64,000 nt of DNA from NCBI GenBank assembly GCA_965215885.1, contig CBDCEW010000095.1, positions 71,345 to 135,344 of the forward strand. Reading direction: 5' to 3'. The notes beneath the pieces were generated by a model. The model had not been told where the DNA came from and did not search any database. It saw only the letters and a list, made by a program, of their open reading frames with translations. Positions 50,294 to 61,282 of the stretch are shown piece by piece. Every line of letters begins with the position of its first letter. Within the stretch, counting starts at the first letter, position 1. The position numbers and the translations under genes were made by a program. The DNA comes from Candidatus Moanibacter sp. (GTDB lineage: Bacteria; Verrucomicrobiota; Verrucomicrobiia; Opitutales; UBA2987).

Positions 50294-51325
50294 ATGAATA
50301 AGCGCTTCGACATAACTAATCGCTTCTGCCAATTGGATTGCTTATTTGTCTGGACGTCATTGGCGTTACTGCCGGCGGTAGTGCCCGCTTCAGGGGAGAC
50401 AGAAGAAATCACGCGATTAAGAGCCCTCGCCAAGGTCGGAAATCCTAACGCCCAATTCAATCTCGCCCAAATATATCGGAGGGGTGACGGTGTGATCCGG
50501 GATCTGGAAGAGGCACTCAAGTATTATATTAAGGCCGCGGAAAAGGGGCACTCTGTGGCACAGGCAAATCTCAGCACCATGTATTACATGGGCGAGGGCG
50601 TGGCTCAAAATTACAGAGAGGCGTACAATTGGTGTCGAAAGGCGGCCAAACAGGGCTTCATGGGCGCCCAATACAACCTCGCCGTGATGTATGCAACTGG
50701 GCAGGGGATCGACCAGGATCTTGAAGAGGCCTTAACGTGGTATGACAAGGCCGCCGAACAAGGACACTCTGCGGCTCAGTCCGGACTAGGCACGATGTAT
50801 TACGAAGGCCGCGGCATCCCTCAGGATTATGCCGAAGCTCGGAAGTGGTACCGAAAAGCCGCCGAGCGTGGGAACTCCGTCGCTCAGTTCAGACTTGGAA
50901 CGATCTACGACGCCGGCAAAGGCGTGGATCGGAACTATACCGAAGCATTCATCTGGTATAAGAGGGCCGCCCAACAAGGAAACGCCGAAGCCCAATACAA
51001 CATCGGAGCCATGTATGCAAAAGGCCAAGGTGTCGACCAGGACCATGAAGAGGCACTAAAATGGTATCGCAAGGCCGCTCAACTAGGGGATGCCGTCGCT
51101 CAGAACAGCTTAGGCCTCATGTATGTTAGAGGGAGAGGGATTGAACAGAATTATGGAGAGGGTATGAAGTGGATCCAGAAGGCGATCGATCAAGGAGAGC
51201 CCGTCGCTTTTTACAACATGGGTCTCCTTTATCAAAAAGGTATTGGGGTACCAAAAGATTTCGACGAGGCGCAAAAGTGGTTCGAAAAAGCGTTTGAGCG
51301 GGGCTACGACCCAACCATTCACTAG
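50294..51325 (+). CDS. Sel1-like repeat protein
   Basis: About eight AQ.NLG.MY..G.GV..D..EA..WY.KAA.QG repeats. Confidence 0.92.
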   Translation: MNKRFDITNRFCQLDCLFVWTSLALLPAVVPASGETEEITRLRALAKVGNPNAQFNLAQIYRRGDGVIRDLEEALKYYIKAAEKGHSVAQANLSTMYYMGEGVAQNYREAYNWCRKAAKQGFMGAQYNLAVMYATGQGIDQDLEEALTWYDKAAEQGHSAAQSGLGTMYYEGRGIPQDYAEARKWYRKAAERGNSVAQFRLGTIYDAGKGVDRNYTEAFIWYKRAAQQGNAEAQYNIGAMYAKGQGVDQDHEEALKWYRKAAQLGDAVAQNSLGLMYVRGRGIEQNYGEGMKWIQKAIDQGEPVAFYNMGLLYQKGIGVPKDFDEAQKWFEKAFERGYDPTIH

Positions 51326-51576
51326 CCCACTTTTCTCACGAATATTCGAAAACTCTCGAACAGCAGGAAATTATCTTCCCCTTCCACCGTCCTTGCGGGC
51401 AACGAAAGGCGGGCTAGCCCGGACATTTCACGCATTTCGTAGCGAGACGGCGTAGATTGTTGCGTGTCAATGCCTTTTCGAAGCACGGCGGGCGATCCCG
51501 GCCTGCCGGGATTAGAACCCTCTGAGGTCGTCCCGGCATGCCGGGATCGTAGTAGAAGGTTTGTGAAATGTTCGGG

Positions 51577-51888
51577 CTAGGAAACCATCGGCCTGCCCAA
51601 TCCCAACCCTATCAACTCCCGGCGATAGCGCAGCGACATCATATCGGCGCGCGAATGATATTCCTCCGCAAGATCAAGAGGGATTTCCTCCGGGTGCTGG
51701 TTCTCCACGATAGGCTTATCTTCAGAGAGTATCTTAACCTCCCATTCAATTAACTGCTCGTCCGGCGTATCGAGATCGAAGTTACGGCAGAAGAAAAAGT
51801 ATATCTTAGTCCGCTTCGCCGAAACCGGCTGGATGCCGATAAACATGGCATGGACCTTCGGGCCCCCGTAGTCTACCTTGATGCGCAC
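51577..51888 (-). pseudogene. Orphan C-terminal fragment of a Rieske oxygenase (VanA-like)
   Basis: EDKPIVENQ.PEEIPLD...H.RAD..S..YRR; no Rieske domain upstream. Confidence 0.65.
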
Positions 51889-52046
51889 ATGGATACCAGA
51901 ATTCGCTTAATATCTGCCAATTTTGCGAAGGCGTTTTCGCCCTTGAACAAGGATTTGTCTTTACCTCCATTATCCTCTCCGCCTTAACGGTCTCTATTAT
52001 TGATAGAAAATTTCACTGGGCTGCATTTTGGTCTCCAGTTAAGACA

Positions 52047-54893
52047 CTGAAGACACTTCTTCTGCTATCGCTATTCCTGCTTGGTGCAGGCGCCCTGAGC
52101 CGCACCTACGGCTCCTGGAATCGAACCTGGGCTCATGAGCGAAGCCGCCTGTCCGTCGACGAAGAGGTGCTCTGGGGTAGACTGTCAAACGGGCTAAGAT
52201 ACGCGCTCCTGCGACATCCCGGCATCCCCGAACGAGTAAGTATGAAGCTCCTTGTCCACGTGGGTTCCGTCGAGGAGAACGAGGATCAATTGGGCATCGC
52301 TCATTTTATTGAACATATGGCCTTCAACGGTACGCGACATTTCCAGGCCGGTGAACTCGCCTCGTTTTTTCAACAGCTCGGGATGGAGTACGGCCGCGAT
52401 ATCAACGCCTCCACCTCTTTTGACCAAACGGTATATGGTCTCGAACTCTGGGAGAACAACGAAAAGCTGCTTCGAAAGAGCCTCCTCCTGCTACGAGACA
52501 TCGCTGACGGTGTTCTTTTCGAATCGTCTGAGATTGACAAAGAGCGTAAAGTCATACTGAGCGAAATGCGAGGCAGGGATGGAATAAGCTTTCGCGCCGA
52601 AGTGGACGCCTACCAGCTCTTCTTTAAGGGCTTGACCTTTACGGAACGCATCCCGATCGGTACCACTGAGAGCATCCAGAGCATGCCGCGCGAGCAGTTT
52701 CTGAAATTCTACAGAAAATGGTATCGCCCTGATCTAATGGTTCTCGTCGCTGTTGGAGACATCGAGCCATCCAATCTGGCCACCCTCATCGAAGAGTACT
52801 GCGGCGATCTCAAAGTTCCTTCTTCTCCTCTACCTACCCGGAACATCGGACGTCTTCAGCGATCGGGTTCATTGAAAGCGTCCACTTTCAGAATCTCCCA
52901 CGTGGGAACCGCCAATATCCGTGCCGCCTCCGTAATTCCTGCCAGGAGACGAACCGATTCCTTGGAATCGCGCAGGCAAATATTCAACCGTCGATTCGCA
53001 AATACGTTATTGGAGCAGCGAATGAGCAAGGCGATCACGGGAGCGTCAAATGGCTCTGCAGGGTATTCAAGATTTTTCGGCAATGATGCCACAATTGCAT
53101 CCATCAATACAAACGGTCAACAATGGCGGGATGCCGTTCTGGGCCTCGATCGAGTAGTACGATTCACTCTAAGAGATGGATTCACTCTACAGGACATCGA
53201 CTGGCTACGTAAACGCCAGCTGGTCCAAACTCAGCGGATGCGCGAATTCTACCCCAAGCTCGACCCTACCACAATCAGCAATGCCCTCGTTCAGTCAATC
53301 GTCGACGATACTGTATATGTCGGCCTCAAGCAGGAACTGGCCTGGCAGGAACGGTTTCTTCGGGATCTAAGTATCAAAACTGTCCATCGCTCATTCAACG
53401 AATGCTGGAGCCAGGATAGGATGGCTTTCCATATCTCCGGAGAAGTCGATATTGAAGGCGGTGCCAAAACGATCATAAGCGAAGTGACACGGGGGCGGAG
53501 AGAGAGAGTCGATCTTTACGCCCTGGGAAATCAGGAGGATTTTGATTTTGAGCCTCCCCTCCTCCTCAAGAAAGGAGCCGTCGTCGAATCCAGGGAGATT
53601 CCCGAAATGAATGCCCATCTCATGCGATTCGACAATAACGTACGTTTGAATTTTATTGAGTCCCACCACGAGCCGGGTCTCATCAGGGCCCTCGTTCGAG
53701 TCGGTGGAGGTCTCTTTGATCTTAATGAAAATAAGCCTGGGCTTCGTGAATTTGCCCTGCAGGCATTCCTTGGCAGCGGCACCAAGCGTTATCGTCCCGA
53801 CGCCATACAATCAGTCCTCGCCTCCTCTATGCTGGAGTTTGGCTTTGACGTGAACGATCACGACGCCTTCAGTTTTCGAGCCACTTTCGGGAGCGAGGAT
53901 CTCGATCTCTTTCTCGGAATCGTTACCGAATACCTTAACGACCCCGAAGTCTACCGTTTCAGCTACCAGAACGCCAGGATAGGGGCAGCGATGCAACGAT
54001 TCCGGTCCGGAATCGGCATGCAGGACGGATACCGCGCCTTTCAGAATTTCCTCTTTCGGGAGGACGGTCGCTTCGCCTGGGGCTCCTTCGAGGACTACGG
54101 TGCGCTGGGGGTCACCGACGTCCGCAAGTGGCTTGTCGATCCCCTCGGTCGCGGCTATCTCGAACTCAGTATCGTTGGGGATGTGACCAGGGACCGTGCC
54201 GTCGATAGTGTCTCCAAAACTCTCGGTGCATTAGGTGAGCGGCGCATTGAGAAGAAAAATCCGAATCCCCAACGCCCCGTCGAAGTAAGAGCGCCACTCG
54301 GATACCGACAGCTCGAATTCGTCGGGGAAGAGCATCAGGCGATGGTATTGGGATACTGGGTTGTCAAGCAGACCCTCGAGTTTCGTGATCGAATCGCCTT
54401 GGAGGTTTTGAGTCGTGTCATCGAACGCAGATTATGGGAGACCCTGCGCGAAAACCTGGGCGCTACCTACAGTCCACAAACCGAATTCACTTCCTTTCTC
54501 GAATATCAGAATTTTGCTGCTATTCAGGCTTCCGTGGATTGCGCACCCGAGGATGCACCCGCCCTCGCTCGGGCTATTCTCGACATATCGAATGATATTG
54601 CGGAACATGGCGTCACCGATACCGATATTGCCGAAGCCGCTGGCCCAATTAAAATTAAGTTGCGACAGGCATTCCTTTCCAACGATTTCCTCTTGAATGT
54701 CCTCCTCAAACGGGCCCAGGAACGTCCGGTGTCGATCGACGAGACTCTCGCTCTCAAAAACGGTATCGTCTCTACCGTGACCGCCGACGAGGTGAACGTT
54801 TTCGCAAAGACCATCATGGTCTCGGAGAACGCAAGATCCGCCTCCATCGTCCCGAAGCCATTCATCGGGATTTTCCAAACGGAAAAGAATTAA
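52047..54893 (+). CDS. M16 zinc peptidase (PqqL-like)
   Basis: LSNGL, GS..E, HFIEH, NASTS; signal-peptide-like in-frame sequence upstream of the called GTG at 52167. Confidence 0.9.
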   Translation: MKTLLLLSLFLLGAGALSRTYGSWNRTWAHERSRLSVDEEVLWGRLSNGLRYALLRHPGIPERVSMKLLVHVGSVEENEDQLGIAHFIEHMAFNGTRHFQAGELASFFQQLGMEYGRDINASTSFDQTVYGLELWENNEKLLRKSLLLLRDIADGVLFESSEIDKERKVILSEMRGRDGISFRAEVDAYQLFFKGLTFTERIPIGTTESIQSMPREQFLKFYRKWYRPDLMVLVAVGDIEPSNLATLIEEYCGDLKVPSSPLPTRNIGRLQRSGSLKASTFRISHVGTANIRAASVIPARRRTDSLESRRQIFNRRFANTLLEQRMSKAITGASNGSAGYSRFFGNDATIASINTNGQQWRDAVLGLDRVVRFTLRDGFTLQDIDWLRKRQLVQTQRMREFYPKLDPTTISNALVQSIVDDTVYVGLKQELAWQERFLRDLSIKTVHRSFNECWSQDRMAFHISGEVDIEGGAKTIISEVTRGRRERVDLYALGNQEDFDFEPPLLLKKGAVVESREIPEMNAHLMRFDNNVRLNFIESHHEPGLIRALVRVGGGLFDLNENKPGLREFALQAFLGSGTKRYRPDAIQSVLASSMLEFGFDVNDHDAFSFRATFGSEDLDLFLGIVTEYLNDPEVYRFSYQNARIGAAMQRFRSGIGMQDGYRAFQNFLFREDGRFAWGSFEDYGALGVTDVRKWLVDPLGRGYLELSIVGDVTRDRAVDSVSKTLGALGERRIEKKNPNPQRPVEVRAPLGYRQLEFVGEEHQAMVLGYWVVKQTLEFRDRIALEVLSRVIERRLWETLRENLGATYSPQTEFTSFLEYQNFAAIQASVDCAPEDAPALARAILDISNDIAEHGVTDTDIAEAAGPIKIKLRQAFLSNDFLLNVLLKRAQERPVSIDETLALKNGIVSTVTADEVNVFAKTIMVSENARSASIVPKPFIGIFQTEKN

Positions 54894-55035
54894 TCGGGAG
54901 TTCTCGCGGGAATTCCTGGGTAAATCGCTCCATTTAGTCGCAAGTGAGTACGGCCCCCGGCGCGCTGACACTTGCCGGATCAAACGGGAGTGAAACTTTG
55001 ACCCACCCTCCAGACACCCCTTCCCAGTAGGGCGA

Positions 55036-55122
55036 CCCACCCCTGTCCCCTCCCAGGAGGGAAACTCAATCAATGAGTCCACCAGTGAACAGATCCCCTC
55101 CTGGGAGGGGTTAGGGGTGGGC
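55036..55122. repeat. Inverted pair of CCCCTCC...GGAGGGG palindromes (third copy at 45252-45281)
   Basis: Directly visible. Confidence 0.7.
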
Positions 55123-55299
55123 TTCTTCCGAACCGATTTCAACCTTCAAAACACGTTTCCAAATGGCCCACCTACGAGCTTCCGAATTCATTTGACAGAG
55201 GTGGTTCCTCTTCCAACTGAATCAGTCGTCCTGAAACCCCACCCCTCCGTATCGAAAATTAGGTATTCCTGAATCATAGGATTAAAAGGAGGAAGCAAG

Positions 55300-55644
55300 A
55301 TGTTTGGAATCAAATACATCAAAGTGCCGCCAACGACATACGTCCAACAGTACAAGGCGGGGAGAGTAAAACGCGAAGGCGCGGAGCTCAAGGAGCAGAC
55401 GCAAGTAGCGTGGAATGCCAATTACCTTTACTATTCTGTCCGGGAACCCTTCCCTAGTAAACACTCCTCAACGAATTCGGTTTTTGGAAAGATCACAGTT
55501 GATCAGCCAATGCGTGTCGTATCGCATATGCCGCAAAAATGGATCATATTCAGTGACGGAATCGAGAAGGATTTTCTCGATTTCAATTCCGGTATGGAAG
55601 CGACTATTTCCCTGGCGAAGAAGAAGGGGCTACTCGTAGTATGA
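55300..55644 (+). pseudogene. Chimera: SPFH-domain N-terminus fused to NAD-kinase-like C-terminus
   Basis: MFGIKYIKVPPTTYV..Y..G.V.REG, then VREPFPS...S.MP...IFSDGIE.DFL.FNSG. Confidence 0.6.
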
Positions 55645-55707
55645 CTAACTCTCTCATTCACACGCCAATTGCACTGAGATAATGGGGATAAACGGTAAAT
55701 TCGGCCT

Positions 55708-56089
55708 ATGTTCGTTGTATCCGTCGATGCCGTGATCTTTGGCTTCAAGGAGAAGACTATCTACATTCCCTTGTGGCCCCTGGGCATTCGATCATCAACA
55801 GATCATATTCACGGCAATAAATCGCCTTCGTGGAAAACTCACCTACGAACCTATAGGTTTCAATCTGCTCGAAGAAGAATTCAGCATCCCTCAGCTGAAA
55901 GCGCTCTACGAAGTAATCCTGGACAAGACTCTCGTCCGCACAAATTTCTCCAAAAAGATTCTCTCCATGGGACTGTTAGTTCCAACGCGCCCGATTAAGA
56001 GTTCTCGGGGTCGCCCCATACAACTCTATAAGTTTGACCGAAACCGATACGATGAGTTACAGGAAAGAGGCTTTGCTTTTGAAATCTGA
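55708..56089 (+). pseudogene. nrtR: NrtR regulator lacking the Nudix core
   Basis: VSVDAVIFG start, then (other frame) AFDH..I...RLRGK, F....L..LYE.IL, NF.KK, GRP..LY.F. Confidence 0.75.
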
Positions 56090-56202
56090 AATGGATTCCT
56101 ATCGAATCCCCATTGTTTCAATTCTCGCGATTACAAACCGTTTATCACCCGCCCTTAAGAAGCCGTTTGAAGTGATGGGGGAAACATGAACCCTGCCCCA
56201 CA

Positions 56203-58083
56203 ATGTCTACCCTCGACGTCCAAAATCTTTCCAAATCCTTTGCCGGAGAGGTCATCCTCGAAGGTGTCTCGCTCACCGTCGAGAGAGGAGAAAAAGTCGG
56301 CCTCATCGGGGCAAACGGTTCCGGCAAGACTACCATTCTCAAACTCGTCATGGGACTTGAGATCGCCGAAGATGGAGCCATTGCTAAAGCCCGAGGTGTG
56401 AAGCTGGGTTATCTTCCGCAGAAGGCGGAGCATAGGCCCGACAGCACCGTAAAGGAAGAGTTGCTCCGAGTCTTTGATACGATCAGAGAATTGGAAGGAG
56501 AGTTGGCGGCCCTGGAGTCGTCCATGGCTGATTCGGGGCCTCGTGGAGAAAGTAGCAAAACACTCGCAGAAACCGACCATTACGACCGCCTTTTGGAGGA
56601 ATTCGAACAACTGGGCGGCTATTCATACGAATACAAGATCAATACAGTTGCGGAAGGCCTCGGTTTGACACGGCTGCTGGACCGGCAGATCGATACTCTG
56701 AGCGGCGGAGAGAAAAACATTGTGGCACTGGCAAGAGTCCTTCTCGATGAACCCGACATCCTCCTTCTCGATGAACCGGGAAATCATCTCGATTTTGAAG
56801 GCCTGGCATGGCTGGAGAAATTCCTCAGAGACTCTCCCAATAGCATAATCATCGTCTCCCACGACCGCTACCTTCTCGATCGAGTCGTCGATCGCATCTT
56901 GGAAATTGAGGACAACCGAGTCACGGGATATCACGGGAACTATTCCGCCTACAGGGCCGAGAAGCTCAAATTCATACTCAATCAAAAGGCTGCTTTCAGC
57001 GCCCAGCAGAAAGAGATTAAGCGACTTGAAGAGATGATTAAAAGGTTCGAGCTTTGGGCTCGAATTGTGGACAACCCCAGGCATGCCGTGCAGGCCCGCA
57101 ACAAGCAGAAAATGCTCGACCGCATGGAGCGCATTAAGCGACCCGATCTCGATGGGAAACGCATTGAACCAAGATTTCAAATCAACCAACGAAGCGGGAA
57201 TGTGACTCTCGAACTCAACCGCTACTCGCGGTCATTTGGAGAGAACGTGCTCTTTCACGAGACGGATCTCCTCCTCAGTTTCGGAGACCGCGTCGGCCTC
57301 GTGGGCCCTAACGGTTCCGGCAAGTCTACTCTCTTTAAAGACATCGTGGCTGATGCCGGCTGGGAGAACCCGCGCGTTCGAATCGGCCCTCGCACGAAGG
57401 TTGGCTACTATTCGCAGGAACATGAAACCCTAACCCCTGAGAGAACGATTCTCGATGAGGTCTGTATCGATGGTCGACTCACCCGCGAAAAGGGATTCGG
57501 GGTATTGTCCAGGTTTCTCTTTCGATGGGAAGATATGAATCAGAAAGTGGAAACGCTCAGCGGCGGAGAGAAGAGCCGTATCCAGCTCGCGAAGATCGTG
57601 ATCTCTGGCAGCAACCTCCTCCTGCTCGACGAACCGACCAACCACCTCGACGTTTACTCCCGCGAGAAGGTCGAAGAAGCATTGGAAGAATTCGAAGGCT
57701 CCCTCTTTATCATCTCCCACGATCGCTATTTTCTCAATCGCATCATCGATCGCGTTGTCGAATTGCGGGATCGTCGATTCGTTGAATATCCCGGAGATTT
57801 CAGCTACTACTGGGAAGAGTTAAAGAGAGCAGACTCAAAATCCAAACCTGCTAGACGCCGGCTCCCCGGCGCCGGATCCAAGAGACGGCGCTCAACTTCC
57901 CAACTGAAAAATTCACGGCAAGTCGAAGTTCGAATCGAACAGTTGGAAGCAGATAAGCTGCACCTGGAAGAGCAAATGGAAGAAGCCTATCGGAAGAGTG
58001 CTTACAAGAAAGGAGCCCAACTTGTGGACCGGCTTCAAAAGCTGGAAAAGGAAATCGCCGTCCTCTACGAACAGCTGAGCTGA
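56203..58083 (+). CDS. ABC-F family ATPase
   Basis: Two ABC domains (GANGSGKT and GPNGSGKS, LSGGE, LLLDEP, SHDRY), linker, no TM segments. Confidence 0.93.
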   Translation: MSTLDVQNLSKSFAGEVILEGVSLTVERGEKVGLIGANGSGKTTILKLVMGLEIAEDGAIAKARGVKLGYLPQKAEHRPDSTVKEELLRVFDTIRELEGELAALESSMADSGPRGESSKTLAETDHYDRLLEEFEQLGGYSYEYKINTVAEGLGLTRLLDRQIDTLSGGEKNIVALARVLLDEPDILLLDEPGNHLDFEGLAWLEKFLRDSPNSIIIVSHDRYLLDRVVDRILEIEDNRVTGYHGNYSAYRAEKLKFILNQKAAFSAQQKEIKRLEEMIKRFELWARIVDNPRHAVQARNKQKMLDRMERIKRPDLDGKRIEPRFQINQRSGNVTLELNRYSRSFGENVLFHETDLLLSFGDRVGLVGPNGSGKSTLFKDIVADAGWENPRVRIGPRTKVGYYSQEHETLTPERTILDEVCIDGRLTREKGFGVLSRFLFRWEDMNQKVETLSGGEKSRIQLAKIVISGSNLLLLDEPTNHLDVYSREKVEEALEEFEGSLFIISHDRYFLNRIIDRVVELRDRRFVEYPGDFSYYWEELKRADSKSKPARRRLPGAGSKRRRSTSQLKNSRQVEVRIEQLEADKLHLEEQMEEAYRKSAYKKGAQLVDRLQKLEKEIAVLYEQLS

Positions 58084-58620
58084 TAACATCCTGGCGCACC
58101 TACCGCAGCGTAGCCGCAACCAAAAAGATGAAAAGAACCGCAGATGCACGCAAATGGACCTAGCGCAGCAGAGCCGCAACCAAGAAAGAAAAAGAGAACC
58201 GCAAATGGACGCAAGTGAACGCGAATAAAGAGGAAGGCACCACGGATTCGAGAAAACCGCAGATTTGTTGAAGAGGGATTCCCAACGGTTCGACAGGCTC
58301 ACCCTGAACTCATAAACAGTGAGGAGATTCTTGATCGAATCGAGAAGGTAACTCGGAATACCCTGGTAACCTTTTCCCGAACCTCGTCCCGAACCTTGTC
58401 GACCCCACAACTTTGAATACCAACATGTTACACTCCAAGACGTGTTCAAAAAACTAAGTTCTGACGGATAGTAATACAAATGACTGAGAAAGCGCCGCAG
58501 GTCGATTTAAGTTCCAAGATCGAATCAGGTTTCAAACCAGTTGGGCGTTGGACGTTGAAATATTCTCACGGATGGTTCCGCAGTACCGCGGAAAGGTGGA
58601 GAAGTAAATCGCATAGAAAG

Positions 58621-58699
58621 GTAAAGTCGGGGCAAGCCCCGAGGCATTTGATATTAGATTAGAAACGAAGCAAGCTTGAATAAACCCGAATCGATTAAA
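58621..58699 (+). repeat. Non-autonomous two-hairpin element, copy 2
   Basis: GTAAAGTCGGGGCAAGCCCCGAGGCATTT...CGAAGCAAGCTT...CGATTAAA. Confidence 0.75.
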
Positions 58700-58982
58700 A
58701 CTCTAACCCTGAAATCCTCTCACTATTCCACCACTCCAACGCGTCAACACTCCAATCTCCTCCCCCCCATGCCCGTCATAGATCCTTCCCCCTACCGGCC
58801 TCCCTTACTCCTCAAGAATCGGCATCTTCAGACAGTGCTGCCTTCGCTCCTGAGAAACGTCAGGGGTGTCGACCGCATCGATACGCCGGACGGAGACTTT
58901 GTCGACGTCGACTTCTCTCAAATCGGCGCTAGTCGAGCCGCCGTCCTCTGCCATGGTCTGGAATCCAGTGCCAGTGAAAGTT

Positions 58983-61282
58983 CAGAACTCGCTATCATGC
59001 GGGTTGGCGCAGGGGGCAATCGCAGATACAATTCCCGGCTTTTAATCGCTTCGGGTTTAATTCCCCGAAGCTTGCTTCGTTTCTAATTCGTCTAATATCA
59101 AATGCCCCGAGGATCTTTAAGAGCTAAAGAAAACGGTAGGCTTCATCTTCGAACCATCAAATTCGAAGAAAAATGGAGAAACCTACCGTCAAAGAAGAGA
59201 CCTTCTTACAGTGCATCCTTGGAGTGGACAAGGGTCATCCCTCGATCACGGTCTATCGGGATCTGAGCGAAGGCAAACTGCACGTCTATTACGGGCATGA
59301 GCTTTTTGAAGTCGTAGAGGACGATCGGGAGCAAGTTGAATTCAAGCTATTGGTGGGGCGCCTCTACAATGCGGGGTTGAAGAAAGGGCGCTTAGAGAAG
59401 CAATTTGAGGTTGACCCCAAAACGATGAAGCGGTGGGGGGAGGCGCTTCAAAGCGGAGATGCCGAGACCTTAGCGCGAGTGCTGGCGGGACGCAGCGCTC
59501 ATCGCAAATTGACGAGGGAAATCCGGAGTTTTGGGCGGGTGCGCTTCGGGCAGATCTATGGGGAGAGTCGGTATGGCTACAGCAAGAAGATACGGGGGGA
59601 GATCGAGGAGGTGTTCGGAGTTAACCTCAGTGGGGAAACTTTGCGCCCTGTCTTTAAGGAGCTTAAAGAGGCCCGGGCAAAGGAGGCCGAAGCCGAGAGG
59701 GCGCAAAATCGGGAGACTCCCTGGGATTGCCCGGAGGACTCGGGGAGGGACGAACAGGAGCAAGAAGCAGAAAATAGCCCCGAAAGCGAAGGGGACAATC
59801 GCAAGGAGTCTCCCGATTTTTCGAGGGAGAGCTCCGAAGCGGTGCAATGGTATCGGCACCTGGGAGTACTTCTGTTCAGTGCCGCGCTCAGAGAAGTCGC
59901 TCAGATTGATCGCGAAGAGGGCTGGCTTTTGAAACAATGGGTGGCTTGCGGGTTGTTGGCCGCGGTCAATATCGAGCAGAGCAAACTGCTCGATCTCGAA
60001 GACCTGCAAAAACTCATCGGGCGAGTCCTGTATACCCCCTATCTGCAACGCCAAAGCCTTAGCGCCCTGGCCGATGAAGGGCTTTTAAGAGAGATCCTCA
60101 GAGTGAACGCGAGGGGCCTGAATGCTTCGGATGAAGAGAGCTTTTATTATGATCCGCACACCAAACATTACACCGGAATGAGCAAGGTGCTGGCGGGATG
60201 GTGTCCGGGTATCCGTCTGGCCGACAAAGCGCTCCACAGCGATTTTATTCATACCCTCAAGGGCTATCCGATCTATTTTGCGAGTACCGACAACTATGAG
60301 GATATAAGGGAACGGTTTATCCCCAACTGCGAAGCGATGCTCAGCTGGTGCTTGCCGGCTGATAAGAAGGTGACACGTGGACCGGGCGATCGCCGCGGAG
60401 TGGTTTTACGAAGCCATCGTGGAGCATCCTCAACTCGAAATCATTACCTGGGAAAAAGGTTACAAGGCCAGCGCCCAGCCCCTCCAACGTCACGGGCAGT
60501 TGCGCCTGCAGCGCGCGCGCAACCATCGAAGATCTCCTATCATCTTCGCTATCACGCCCCATCCCGCAGTGGATCGTCGACCAATATCGAACCATTACCG
60601 GAGCATCCTGGCGACCGATCAGCAGGCCCGAAATGAAGAGGTAATCAAAGGGATGTTCAGTCGCTGGATTCAGGAGAATGACTTCAAATACCTCGATAAG
60701 CACTTGGGGATTAATCAGATCACCTCTTATCGCACCGTCCACTACAAGCGATTAGCCCAACACCTTGAGGACAAGCAGGAAAAAAGCGGTCAAAGCCCTC
60801 CTGAAGGCAATGCACCGAAGAATTGAAAAGACTGTCGCATGCCCACCCGGGCCGCCTCCGAAAAGATCCGTCGACTCGATCAGGCCCTCAAAGCCCTCCA
60901 ACTCGAACTGGAGCAAATCGACACCGAATGCTCGAGCTGCAGCGCCTCCTATGTCCGCCTGGACACCGCTAACAAGTCCCTCATGGATGCCTTGAAAATC
61001 TTCGCCCGTAACATCTACAAGCAGCGAACCCTTTAAAGCTCGCTACAACAACTATCGTGACGACCACGATCTTCACTCACAGTGACGGCGTTCTTATAGA
61101 GAGGGGCTGTGCGGTCGAAGGCATTTATTCCCCACCGATCCCCCTCGGGTGCCGGTGGTGCTTGAGTCCTCAATGAGAAGCCCTTTGATGCCCGACGGTT
61201 CAGGGAAGAATCATCTTCCGACTGGGCAGATTTAAACTTGCGATTGCATAGTGCCTTTAGAGGGGCAATATAGTGAGGTCTG
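58983..61282 (+). mobile_element. Unclassified IS with degenerate large transposase and 5-bp target duplication
   Basis: Ends CAGAACTCGCTAT / ATAGTGAGGTCTG; AAGTT at 58978-58982 and 61283-61287; ORF pieces with YDPHTKHYTG and RWIQENDFKY. Confidence 0.82.
59040..59119 (-). repeat. Non-autonomous two-hairpin element, copy 3 (inverted, nested in the IS)
   Basis: TTTAATCGCTTCGGG...GAAGCTTGCTTCG...AAATGCCCCGAGGATCTTTA. Confidence 0.75.
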
